This document shows, one piece after another, positions 42,659-52,515 of a DNA stretch of 64,000 nucleotides (the first letter of the stretch is position 1; each line of letters opens with the position of its first letter). The stretch spans positions 608,001-672,000 of the forward strand of contig CAWJPJ010000007.1 of assembly GCA_963844715.1 (NCBI GenBank), written 5' to 3'. The notes beneath the pieces were generated by a model. That model was not told the DNA's origin and did not search any database. It worked only from the letters and a program-made list of their open reading frames with translations. This DNA is from an uncultured Phycisphaerales bacterium (lineage in GTDB: Bacteria > Planctomycetota > Phycisphaerae > Tepidisphaerales > Tepidisphaeraceae). Both the position numbers and the translations under genes were made by a program.

Positions 42659-43573
42659 ATGTCGTTACGCTTCAATCCCTTACAGCATAGTTCACTCTTT
42701 ATGACTCCGCGCTATCTCAATGACGCGGATTCCTGGCTGGAGCACATTCCGTTCGGTTTCCTTGCCGTCGAACTTTGCCGGCCGGAAGTCATCGTGGAAT
42801 TGGGCGTCCACCGCGGCAATTCCTACTGCGCGTTTTGCCAGGCGGTTACCGATTTGGCAACGTCCACGCACTGCTTCGGAATCGACACCTGGCAGGGAGA
42901 TCCCCATGCGGGAACCTATGGCGACAACGTCCTTCAGGCTCTGCGGGCCTACCACGATCCCTGCTACGGCGCGTTTTCCCAACTCGTTCAGTCCACCTTC
43001 GACTCCGCAGCTGAACGCTTTGAAGAGGGCTCCGTCGATCTTCTGCATATCGACGGCCTGCACACCTACGAGGCCGTCAAGCACGATTTTCAAACCTGGC
43101 TTCCCAAGCTGACGGATTCGGGCATCGTCCTCTTTCACGATACGGCCGAGCGTCGCGATGATTTCGGGGTTTGGAAATTCTGGGCCGAGGTTTCAACCGC
43201 CTATCCCAGCTTCGAGTTCCAGCATTGCAAGGGGCTGGGAGTATTGGGAGTTGGACGCAATTTGCCGGGACCGTTCGCGCAGTTTCTTGAATCGGCAAAC
43301 GCCGCCCCGCAGCAAACCCGGCAGGCGTTCGTCGCCCTCGGCGGCAATCTTAAACTGAAATGTATTGCCGCCGCCCTGTTCGAGCAGCAGTCTCAGATCA
43401 ATCATTGGAAGGAGCACATCGGTAAGAGCGTTCTTCCTCAGTCCAATCAAAGGTCTGCGTGGCTGGCCGATCCGCTCGATTTGACCAGAGGTTTCTCCGC
43501 CGATATCTGCGACTTGATCGCCTCCAATCTTCAGCTCCGGGCAGATGCCAAAAAACAGATGAAGCTGGTCTAA
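42659..43573 (+). CDS. class I SAM-dependent methyltransferase (Methyltransf_24-like)
   Basis: VELGVHRGNS; IDTWQGD; LLHIDGLHTY; FHD. Confidence 0.88.
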   Translation: MSLRFNPLQHSSLFMTPRYLNDADSWLEHIPFGFLAVELCRPEVIVELGVHRGNSYCAFCQAVTDLATSTHCFGIDTWQGDPHAGTYGDNVLQALRAYHDPCYGAFSQLVQSTFDSAAERFEEGSVDLLHIDGLHTYEAVKHDFQTWLPKLTDSGIVLFHDTAERRDDFGVWKFWAEVSTAYPSFEFQHCKGLGVLGVGRNLPGPFAQFLESANAAPQQTRQAFVALGGNLKLKCIAAALFEQQSQINHWKEHIGKSVLPQSNQRSAWLADPLDLTRGFSADICDLIASNLQLRADAKKQMKLV

Positions 43574-44145
43574 GCGCAAATCCCATCCAGTGCGTCCTCC
43601 AGTCCCTTCTGCGGCGTAACCCACCAGATTTGTTTGTGGTGATGCACGGTCCCGATGATCGGGTGGCCGGGAAACGCCATAAAAAAATCGCTGCCGTGCA
43701 GTTTCTCAAGCAGCGATTGCAGAAATGTCGCAAAACTTTCGGACTCGCCTTCAACAAACTCAACCGCCGACCCGTCCGTTCGTGCCGCGATCGCCACCGG
43801 ATCCAACCCGATATTGCGAATTACTTCCGGCAGCCAGTCCGCCGCCCCATGCCGCAACTCAAACGACCAATGACTCCCCGGCATCATCCAAACTACGCCC
43901 GGCAGCACCTCCCGCCACGCCCGCAGCACCAGATTTGCCAAAGTCGCCTCGTATGGAAGCGCGACTTTCCGGGTATGCGATTTCAACGCCGGCCGGATTG
44001 TCGCATCATCCGGCCCGATCCAGGCCCGAATACGCGGGCGGCTCTCCAGCGTGTAACCAAACGCACCCCCGTTCGGATAATTGCAGTGCAGTCCCTGGCC
44101 CGTCAGTCGCTCGAGCACCTTCGCATAGTCGATGATGGTCGCCAT
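43570..44145 (-). CDS. hypothetical protein
   Basis: 191-aa ORF with an HHHKQIWW motif, filling the gap between genes. Confidence 0.65.
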   Translation of the reverse strand: MATIIDYAKVLERLTGQGLHCNYPNGGAFGYTLESRPRIRAWIGPDDATIRPALKSHTRKVALPYEATLANLVLRAWREVLPGVVWMMPGSHWSFELRHGAADWLPEVIRNIGLDPVAIAARTDGSAVEFVEGESESFATFLQSLLEKLHGSDFFMAFPGHPIIGTVHHHKQIWWVTPQKGLEDALDGICA

Positions 44146-44284
44146 CCGCGGTTCCCGCCTTCGAAGTCTACTCCTATGCTTATATCGGGCCTGCGGCGCC
44201 TATCAATTCCATAAACGGGCCAATTTCGGGAATTGGCAGGGTCGATTGACTCCCCCGGCCAATCGTGTACAAAAAACCTCTCAC

Positions 44285-44358
44285 GGTGGTCGTAGCTCAG
44301 TTGGCAGAGCACAAGGTTGTGGTCCTTGGGGTCGCGGGTTCGAGCCCCGTCGACCACC
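44285..44358 (+). tRNA. tRNA-His (GUG)
   Basis: G-1:C73; acceptor GTGGTCG/CGACCAC; anticodon arm CAAGG-TTGTGGT-CCTTG; GGTTCGA T-loop; CCA not encoded. Confidence 0.97.
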
Positions 44359-44412
44359 CTTTTTCTCCCCAAATTCATCAGCGCCCGAGTCGGCGCCCAT
44401 GGGTCAATTCCG

Positions 44413-45336
44413 ATGCGTTTCAACCTTTTTGACCACCCCATCGCCGCCATGGTTTCCGACTATTTCTGCCCGGCTTTCGCCTGGACGGGGCACGCTCCCT
44501 TCGCGTTTCTGGCCATCGAGCTTCTTCAACCCCGGGTCCTGGTCGAATTGGGCACGCACTACGGCGCATCCTATTGCGCCTTTTGCCAGGCCGTCGCGGA
44601 ATTGAAGCTTCGCACCCGCTGCCACGCCGTCGATAACTGGACCGGCGACAAGCACACCGGGCGATATTCCGGCGATATCCTCACCTTCCTGCGGAATCAT
44701 CACGATCCGCGCTATGCCTCTTTTTCCAGTCTGATGCAGATGACATTTGATGAGGCGGCCCCGAAATTCGCGGCGGGCTCCATCGATCTCCTGCACATCG
44801 ACGGCTCGCACGATTACGACGCCGTCAATCACGATTATCTAAACTGGAAGGACAAGCTCAGCGACCGAGGCGCAATCCTGTTCCACGACACCTTCGAAAA
44901 AGCTCCCGGCTTCGGCGTCCACCGCCTCTGGGCGGAACTATCCTCCCAATTCCCCAGCTTCGAATTCCATCACAATCACGGCCTGGGCATTCTCGCCGTA
45001 GGCAAAAATATTCCCGATCCCTTTATGGAATTTCTCGACGAAGCCCGGCAGCATCCGGCGGAGGTCCGCGAAACCTTCTCCACGCTCGGCCGCGCCAACG
45101 AGGCCAATTGCCAACTCCTCCTGACCGCCTATTGGGTCTACCAGGTCCAAACCGAGATTAATTCCTACCGCCGCCAGATCGGCCAGCCGGTCGATCCCGA
45201 TTCCGAAAACCTCGAGCTGGCCATGCAAAAAAGCGAAACCTATCTCTTTAATACCCTCAAACAGTTCGGTGCTATCATTCAGCAGCTTTCGGAGATGCAG
45301 CGCACCATCAGCGCCGGAATAAATAAATCGTGCTGA
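44413..45336 (+). CDS. class I SAM-dependent methyltransferase, paralog of 42659
   Basis: [30 protein letters not shown]. Confidence 0.88.
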   Translation: MRFNLFDHPIAAMVSDYFCPAFAWTGHAPFAFLAIELLQPRVLVELGTHYGASYCAFCQAVAELKLRTRCHAVDNWTGDKHTGRYSGDILTFLRNHHDPRYASFSSLMQMTFDEAAPKFAAGSIDLLHIDGSHDYDAVNHDYLNWKDKLSDRGAILFHDTFEKAPGFGVHRLWAELSSQFPSFEFHHNHGLGILAVGKNIPDPFMEFLDEARQHPAEVRETFSTLGRANEANCQLLLTAYWVYQVQTEINSYRRQIGQPVDPDSENLELAMQKSETYLFNTLKQFGAIIQQLSEMQRTISAGINKSC

Positions 45337-46104
45337 CCAAACGTATCATTCCCTGTCTGGACGTTGATCGCGGGCGCGTCGTCAAAGGCGTCAAATTCTT
45401 CGACCACGTCGACGCCGGCGACCCCGTCGCCCAGGCCCGCAAATATCAGGAGGATGGCGCGGACGAACTGGTCTTCTACGACATCTCCGCCAGCCACGAG
45501 GGGCGGCAGATCATGGCCGACCTGGTCCGTCAGGTCATGGACCAGATTTTCATGCCCCTGACCGTAGGCGGCGGCATTCGCACCCTCGACGACGCGACGG
45601 ATTTGATCCAGGCTGGCGCGGAAAAAGTGAGCCTCAATTCCGCCGCCGTGAAAAATCCCAATCTGCTCGCCGAAGTTGCCCGAAAATTCGGCCGCTGCGC
45701 CACCGTGCTCGGCCTGGACGCCAATCGCGTCAAGGGTTCCGACGGAACCGAAATCTGGGAAGTCTTCATCAACGGCGGCCGTGTGCCGACGGGGGTGCAG
45801 CGTAATGGATTGGGCCAAGAAAGCGGAGTCACTGGGCGCCGGAGAAATCGTCCTGAACGTCATGAATTCCGACGGCACGACGGAGGGTTACGACATCGAA
45901 ATGACGGCGGCGGTCAGCGACGCCGTGAAAATCCCCGTCGTAGCCAGTGGCGGGGCGGGGAGTCCGCAGCACATGCTGGATGTGTTAACCACCGGCCACG
46001 CCGATGCGGCGCTGGCGGCGAGTATTTTTCATTTTGGGAAATTCTCGGTGGGACAGGTGAAACAGTTCCTCTCCCAACACGACGTGCCCGTCCGACTCAT
46101 CTGA
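45330..46104 (+). CDS. hisF: imidazole glycerol phosphate synthase cyclase subunit (frameshift near 45803)
   Basis: [36 protein letters not shown]. Confidence 0.96.
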
Positions 46105-46106
46105 AA

Positions 46107-47360
46107 TTACTGATACTGCAGCACAAGCAAATACCCGTCGGGATCAACGACCGAGAACTGAAGGACTCCGTTTACGGCGATGAGATCGCCTGTTTTGATC
46201 CCGGCCGCCGCCGCGCTATCGTGCATTTCGGAAAATTGATCGCGACTGAAATTCATTCCGCTGAGCGCATTCAGCTGCAACTGATCTTTCCGCCGCGCGG
46301 CTCGATCCGCGTCGGTGGTGTCTCCCTGGACGAATTTGATCCGTACGATGCCGCCTTTCACTTGAGTGCCGGGCGGATTTGTGCTTGGGGCATCGTCGAT
46401 GACGAAGCCAAATTTGCTGTAAAAATCGACGCTCTTCTGAATGTTGGCGACGGTCAGAACTAGGATCGGCGCGTAATGGATTTCGCCGCTGGTGGTCGAG
46501 GGACCGGTCTGCGCTTGGTCGGCAACCGCGCCCGGCTGAGCCGCCTCTCTGAATATGAATTGAATATGAGTAACCGCAACGGGAATCAAAGCCAGCAGAC
46601 AAATCGCCCCGATCCATTTGATCTTGTTCCAAATCAGCATGCGAATCGCTCCTTTCGCCAAAGTGATTGACGTTCCGACCGCCCCCGGGGAATGAGCCGC
46701 CGTGAGCGCCGCCGTTGCCAGTGTCGGAGAACGAAACGCCGCCGCATGCACCGCGTACCGCTGTAGCCAGCTCGTCAGCGCACCGACCGACCGTGCGGAA
46801 ACTTCGGTCGTCGCTCCCGTCCCAGCCAACCGAACCCTTAGCTTTTCAACCGCTCGATCAACTCGTTTTCTCGCTGCGTCCTCCGAAATCGAAAGCGCTA
46901 ATCCGACTTCCGCCAGCGACCTCTGCTCATAAAACCGCAGGAGTACCGCGGTCCGATCCATGCCGCCAAGATTGGCCACGGCGAGATCGAGCGCTTCGGA
47001 AATCACGTCGTCGGCCGCGTCCGACCTTTCGTCCGTCGTTCTGATCGGTCGCATCGTCGCAGCCGCCGCCTCATGCTTTTTCCGCCGCGCTTCCCCGCGG
47101 GCGGCGTTCGCCGCCGCATATCTCGCCACGCCAAACAGCCACGCCGACAAGACCGTCCCTTCCTTGATGCCCCGCGCCCGCCGCGCCAGGACGATAAAGA
47201 CGGCCTGCGTCACATCGTCCGCTAGATGTTCATCGTGGACGCGCCGAACCGCCACCGAATGCACCCAATCCCGGTGCCGCGCAACCAGCTCGGTAAATGC
47301 CTCCCGAGAGCCCGCGCGCACATATTCCGCAAGAAGTTCGGAATCACTTCTCGAGTTCAT
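46107..47360 (-). CDS. ECF sigma factor with TM helix and C-terminal VOC/glyoxalase-like domain
   Basis: sigma2/sigma4 motifs; [32 protein letters not shown] and VVDPDGY VOC motifs. Confidence 0.85.
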   Translation of the reverse strand: MNSRSDSELLAEYVRAGSREAFTELVARHRDWVHSVAVRRVHDEHLADDVTQAVFIVLARRARGIKEGTVLSAWLFGVARYAAANAARGEARRKKHEAAAATMRPIRTTDERSDAADDVISEALDLAVANLGGMDRTAVLLRFYEQRSLAEVGLALSISEDAARKRVDRAVEKLRVRLAGTGATTEVSARSVGALTSWLQRYAVHAAAFRSPTLATAALTAAHSPGAVGTSITLAKGAIRMLIWNKIKWIGAICLLALIPVAVTHIQFIFREAAQPGAVADQAQTGPSTTSGEIHYAPILVLTVANIQKSVDFYSKFGFVIDDAPSTNPPGTQVKGGIVRIKFVQGDTTDADRAARRKDQLQLNALSGMNFSRDQFSEMHDSAAAAGIKTGDLIAVNGVLQFSVVDPDGYLLVLQYQ

Positions 47361-47444
47361 GTATTCATCCGTAAATCTCCGCTTGGACGACGACCGGACA
47401 ACAAATTAATTGGCGGCTTGAGGGCTCGTCCGGCTGGTCTGACT

Positions 47445-48892
47445 CTACGGTCTTGTGGCCGGCCCGGTCGTGGGCGGATTCACTTCGGAATTCATGGCTT
47501 CAAATATCCGCCTCGCTTCTTCGCTGGTGAATCCATTTCCTCCCCCCGTGATGATTGCCGATCCGCCTGTAACGGGCGAGTTAAGCCTTGGGGCGGTGAC
47601 GATCACATTTCCGCAAAGGACTGCCAATCGCGCGTGTTGTTCCCGCTGTGCGGTGAGATTGAACCAACGGGTGGTCAAATCGCTGAAAAGCTCAGCTCCA
47701 TGAGCGTCAAACTCTATTGCAATTGCCAGACTTCCATTGAGCGTCCGACGCGGGACAACTCTTGCGAAGCTCCACCCGGGGTTACTCGACTGATCCATCG
47801 ACGCCTCCGGCGTCACCAGCACAGGCATGAATCGTTTTCCGCTCCATTCCCGCGTTTCGGGTGGTGTTCCCGATTGGTCAAAATCCTGCGGATGTCGCAC
47901 CTCGACCCAGCGAACGGTATCCCCTGGCTGAACGGCCGGCCCAGGTCCTCCGGGTGCAAGCCGCAAGTCCATTGCGTTCAAATCGTCGACGCGGGTGGTC
48001 GCGTAATCGGCGATGATGTGGAACTCCACCGTCGCGGGCTGGGTTTGCTGCTCGCCCGCGACCGCGCCCGTCTGAGCCGCTTCTCTGAATATGAATTGAA
48101 TATGAGGAACCGCAACCGGAATCAGAGCCAGCAGACAAATCGCCGCGATCCATTTGATCTTGTTCCAAATCAGCATTCGAATCGCTCCTTTCGCCAAAGT
48201 AATAGATGCCCCGACCGCCCCCGGGGGATGAGCCGCCGCGAGCACCGCCGTTGCTAGTGCATGCGCCTGTATATTCGCGACATGCACTCCGTTCTGATCC
48301 ATCCAGCTCGCGATTGCCGCGGTGGAGAGCCCCGACACGGGGGCGCCTGTCCCGGCCAGCTTGCGCCGCAGCTTTTCCACAGCGCGGCTCGATGCGCTTT
48401 CTTGCCGCCTCTTCTGAAATCGCCAGAGCCTGTCCCACTTCGGCCAGCGACTTGCGCTCATAAAACCGCAGCAAAACCGCCGTTCGGTCCCTGCTTCCAA
48501 GATTCGCCACCGCGCAGATCCAATTCCCCGGCGATCGCGTCGTCCGCCTCTGATGATGTTTCGATCGCCGTTTCTCGTTGCTTCATCGCCGCCGCGGCTG
48601 TTTCGTGGCGTTTGCGGCGCGATTCCCCGCGCACGGCGTTCGTCGCCGCATATCTCGCCACGCCAAACAGCCACGCCGACAAGACCGTCCCTTCCTTGAT
48701 GCCCCGCGCCCGCCGCGCCAGGACGATAAAGACGGCCTGCGTCACATCGTCCGCTAGATGTTCATCGTGGACGCGCCGAACCGCCACCGAATGCACCCAA
48801 TCCCGGTGCCGCGCAACCAGCTCGGTAAATGCCTCCCGAGAGCCCGCGCGCACATATTCCGCAAGAAGTTCGGAATCACTTCTCGAGTTCAT
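47445..48892 (-). CDS. ECF sigma factor with TM helix and C-terminal SecD P1-like domain (frameshifts near 48510 and 48390)
   Basis: N-terminus identical to the 47360 gene; tail IEFDAHGAELFSDLT...RLAVL...TAPRLNSPVTGGSAIITGG..FTSEEAR. Confidence 0.8.
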
Positions 48893-48937
48893 GCATTCAT
48901 CCGTAAATCTCCGCTTGGACGAAGACCGGACAAAAAT

Positions 48938-49660
48938 TTACTTTGCGGCTGTCGCCCCAGGGGCCGGATAGTTGCTGCTTTGCAGATAAGCCGTGACCGC
49001 TCTTCGAAGCTGCTTTTGAATCGCCCGCGGGTCCTGCTGGGCGTCGACACACTTAAAGTCGTATTCCTCGACCATCAAATTGAATTGCTCGATCAACTCC
49101 GACTGATACGCCACGAAGCTGTCGTATAGATCGTCCCCGTAATTCATGTCCAGGCCGCTCTCCCAGTAATTCATCTTCCCCGCTTCCAAAACGCGCGGGA
49201 CGAGCTTGTCGGCGCCAAGCTGAAGATAGAAAACCAGGTCCGGCTGCACCGCGAATCCAAAAAGGTCGCGCAGCCATTGCTTGTCCGCCCCGCGGGCGAT
49301 GCCTCGGGCCAAAAGCGTGTAGATGTATCGATCCGCCAAGACGATGAACCCGCTGCGCAGCGCCGGGATAATCTGGTATTCCATTCGATCCGCCAGATCG
49401 ACGGCATACATCAGGCAATACGTCAATCGATGCAGCGAGTGCCCCTGCTTGGCGTCGGTGATCGCCTGACCGACGAGTTTGCTGCGCGTCCAGCCGGTGT
49501 CGATGACGGCGTATCCCTGCACCTCGAGCCATTCTTTCAGCAGAATCGATTGGGTGCTTCGGCCACAGCCGTCGGTGCCCTCGATGACGATCAATTTCCC
49601 CGAGCACCCGTCGGACGGGAGATACGGCATCGCATGGCCCATGTAATGGAATGCGCTCAT
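48938..49660 (-). CDS. thymidylate-kinase-like protein B (Walker A K->R)
   Basis: IEGTDGCGRST; LADRY; PDLVFYL. Confidence 0.85.
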   Translation of the reverse strand: MSAFHYMGHAMPYLPSDGCSGKLIVIEGTDGCGRSTQSILLKEWLEVQGYAVIDTGWTRSKLVGQAITDAKQGHSLHRLTYCLMYAVDLADRMEYQIIPALRSGFIVLADRYIYTLLARGIARGADKQWLRDLFGFAVQPDLVFYLQLGADKLVPRVLEAGKMNYWESGLDMNYGDDLYDSFVAYQSELIEQFNLMVEEYDFKCVDAQQDPRAIQKQLRRAVTAYLQSSNYPAPGATAAK

Positions 49661-50367
49661 GACGCGGCCCCCTCTGCCGCGGCCGCTATCGAATGCTGCG
49701 CCCTATAGTCCGCCAGAATCTCGTCCAGATGCCGCCGAACCTGCTGCTGCTGATCGCCGATGCTTTGCGTCGCGTCGATCTCCGTCAGGCCATATTCCTT
49801 CACGATGCTGGAGTATTCGCCGAGAATGCGACCCTGAAAAATCTTGAAGCTGCTGACCAGATCGCTCGCCAGGCCCAAATCCATGCCGCACTCATAGTCC
49901 TTCAATTTGGCGCGCCCGGAAACCAGCCGCGTGACGCTCACGTCGATCGGCACATTGAAATAGAGCGCCAAATCCGGCCGGGGGGCAAATTGATACACCT
50001 CGCGAACCCAATTCCTCTCGCATCCCCGGATGACGTCCCGCGCAAACGCGGTGTAGATATATCGGTCCGCCAGCACGATCATCCCCGCCTTCAGCGGCGG
50101 CAGAATCGAATGCACCAGCCGATGCGCAAAATCCGTCGCGTGCAAAAGGGAAAACGTCATTGGCGTTAGGGACATCTTCTTCTTCCCTTTTTTTGTGATC
50201 GCCTTGACGAGGTCCGCGCTGTTCCATTCCGTAAAGAACGGCCGAAACCCCCGAGCCTGGAGATAGCGCATCGCCAGTTGCAATTGCGTGCTCTTCCCTG
50301 ACCCGTCGATTCCCTCGACGATGATCAGCTTTCCCGGAAACGAATGCGGCGTGATGAGCGAATCCAT
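49657..50367 (-). CDS. thymidylate-kinase-like protein A
   Basis: VEGIDGSGKST; LADRY; PDLALYF. Confidence 0.85.
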   Translation of the reverse strand: MDSLITPHSFPGKLIIVEGIDGSGKSTQLQLAMRYLQARGFRPFFTEWNSADLVKAITKKGKKKMSLTPMTFSLLHATDFAHRLVHSILPPLKAGMIVLADRYIYTAFARDVIRGCERNWVREVYQFAPRPDLALYFNVPIDVSVTRLVSGRAKLKDYECGMDLGLASDLVSSFKIFQGRILGEYSSIVKEYGLTEIDATQSIGDQQQQVRRHLDEILADYRAQHSIAAAAEGAAS

Positions 50368-50372
50368 ACGAT

Positions 50373-51971
50373 CTATCTCTTGGCCAGACTAAACTCGATC
50401 GGCCTTCCAAATACTCTTTTGAACCAATCCATCTTCCGGCGCACTCCCCAGATTTCCAATTCCGCGTCGCTCTTGGCGACGAGCACGCATTTTATCTTCT
50501 TCTTCCCAACTCGACAGCGCAAGTCCTGGATCACGCTTCCATGGCTTCGATCCAACCCATCCGACAATCGCAACAGCGCCGCCCCCACGTCCACAACCTG
50601 CCTCAATCGCGGCGGGAGCGACGCGTAGACGTCGTGGCTCCGCCCCGGAACGGCCTTGCGATGATATCGGGCGATATTGGCGATCACCTTGATCTCATCG
50701 TCCGAGAAATTCTTCAAATCCCCGTGCAGAATGAGGTACATGCTGTGCTTGTGATGCCCGCTGCGGCCGATGTGCCAGCCGATGTCGTGCAGAAGCGCTC
50801 CATATTCGATCAGCTCGCGCTCCACGGCGTTCATCCCGTGCAGCGATTTCAATTCGTCAAACAATTTCAGGCAGGTTTCCGCCACGTGCAGGCTGTGGGT
50901 CTTGTGCCAGTCGCACCGCCGGGCCAGGTCGATCACGCTTCGCCGCCGCGCATCCGGCACCTCGCGGCGAATCGCCAGGTCCGGCAAATGCCGCGAAAGA
51001 TAATCGAGCAAAATTCCCTCGCGCAAAGCCATCGGGCAGATATCGATCCGCTTCAGATGCAGTTTATCGAATAGTTCCCCAACGAGCACCGCACCGGCGA
51101 CGATCTGATCCTTCCTCTGATCGTCCAATCCGCGAATGCGAGCTCGTTCCTTGGTGCGGCTTTCGAGCAATTCCGCCAGGAGCCTTTCAAACGCATGCCG
51201 TTCGATGAACGGATGCGCCGCTCCGCTGCCGTTCCCGCCCGATTCCGAGCTGCACATCGCCGCCAGGTTTTCCAGCGTGCCGCTGGTCCCAATCGCCTTG
51301 ACGGGTTTGAGCGTCTTGATCTGCTCGAACAGGCCGGAGAGTTCCCGCTCGTAATGCTTCCGCAATTGCAACAGCTCGCGCTCGCCGATGGGGTCGGACT
51401 TGACGAACTGCGCCGTCATGCGCACCGCCCCCAATTTGCGGCTCTCGAGCATCTGGGCGTTCTTCTCATCCCCGACGATGAATTCCACGCTTCCGCCGCC
51501 GATATCGATCATCAAATGCGGCTGCCCCCTCAGCGGCATCGCGTGTCTCACCGCCAGATAAATCAGCCGCGCCTCTTCGCGTGCGCTTACGACGCGAAGA
51601 TAGAGCCCCAGTTCCCGCCGCGCGCGTTCGAGGAGATCACCGCCGTTCTCGGCTTCGCGCACAGCGCTGGTCGCGACGGCCACGATTTTTTCGGCTTGCC
51701 TCTGATGGGCCGCCTGCTGAAACCGCTCCAGGGCCGCGATCGCCCGATCGATCGAATCGCGCGATAGCCGCCGGGATGGGAAGCTCATGCGTCCCAGCCC
51801 GACCATCTCCTTGAGCCGCCAAAGCGTGGTAATTCCCCCATCGGCGTCCGCCTGCGCGACGATCATGTGGATGCTGTTGGAACCAACATCGATGGCCGCG
51901 AGCCGCAGCGATTCGCGCACGGCGCCTTTGCCTCCCAAGCGATGCGAAGATGCGGTGCCCGTGGACGCCAT
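50373..51971 (-). CDS. ppx: Ppx/GppA exopolyphosphatase with HD domain
   Basis: AIDVGSNS; ATSAVREA; DIGGGSVE; ALREG; LLHDIG. Confidence 0.93.
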   Translation of the reverse strand: MASTGTASSHRLGGKGAVRESLRLAAIDVGSNSIHMIVAQADADGGITTLWRLKEMVGLGRMSFPSRRLSRDSIDRAIAALERFQQAAHQRQAEKIVAVATSAVREAENGGDLLERARRELGLYLRVVSAREEARLIYLAVRHAMPLRGQPHLMIDIGGGSVEFIVGDEKNAQMLESRKLGAVRMTAQFVKSDPIGERELLQLRKHYERELSGLFEQIKTLKPVKAIGTSGTLENLAAMCSSESGGNGSGAAHPFIERHAFERLLAELLESRTKERARIRGLDDQRKDQIVAGAVLVGELFDKLHLKRIDICPMALREGILLDYLSRHLPDLAIRREVPDARRRSVIDLARRCDWHKTHSLHVAETCLKLFDELKSLHGMNAVERELIEYGALLHDIGWHIGRSGHHKHSMYLILHGDLKNFSDDEIKVIANIARYHRKAVPGRSHDVYASLPPRLRQVVDVGAALLRLSDGLDRSHGSVIQDLRCRVGKKKIKCVLVAKSDAELEIWGVRRKMDWFKRVFGRPIEFSLAKR

Positions 51972-52007
51972 ACGCCGCCGTAACAATATAGCAGCCCGAT
52001 GACCGCT

Positions 52008-52420
52008 TTATATAAATAACCCGGGATCAACGGAAAACCGGTCTCCGAGTCGGCGGCGTGATCCGCCGTAATGGGCCTTTGGCCGCTGAGGACCATGGAA
52101 ATCGCGCTGGGGCCAATTCCCAGAAGTTCCGCCAATTCTCCTTGTTTCAGGCCATTGTGCTGCATGAGAAATCGCAACACCTCCCGGGGTGTAGCGTCGT
52201 GCTGTGGAAATGGATAGTGCTCCCGATCATACGCTTCGATCAGCAGCGATAGCGTTTCAAGATAGTCCGCCTCGCCGGCATCGAGCGATTCTTCACGGAC
52301 GGCAAGTTTGTCCAGAATTGCGGAGGCCTGCCGGTATTGAAGCGCGGAGCGAATCGGCCGGAGCGGAAATTGCCGCATCAGGCGGGAATAGGATGCCGGG
52401 ATTTTGGTTGCCGCGGTCAT
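52008..52420 (-). CDS. HigA-like HTH antitoxin, orphan (frameshift near 52055)
   Basis: FPLRPIRS...YLETLSLLIEAYD...LRFLMQHNGLKQGELAELLG...; corrected end RLGDRFSVDPGLFI. Confidence 0.85.
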
Positions 52421-52457
52421 GACGCCACACTTCTGTGACGCATCATACCAGCCGCAC

Positions 52458-52487
52458 AAAGCCAACGGATACCCATCCGTTGGCTTT
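52458..52487. repeat. perfect 13-bp palindrome
   Basis: aaagccaacggat-accc-atccgttggcttt between divergent higA-like and hisC genes. Confidence 0.8.
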
Positions 52488-52515
52488 CCCCACCGTGCGT
52501 CTATAATCCGCCTCC

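Noticed and set aside
44285..44440. tRNA-His as attachment site of an integrated element
   Set aside because: No integrase and no convincing duplicated tRNA 3' end was seen in the window
46500..48935. Duplicated ECF blocks as a diversity-generating retroelement TR/VR pair
   Set aside because: No reverse transcriptase nearby, differences are not adenine-specific, and the repeats encode conserved domains
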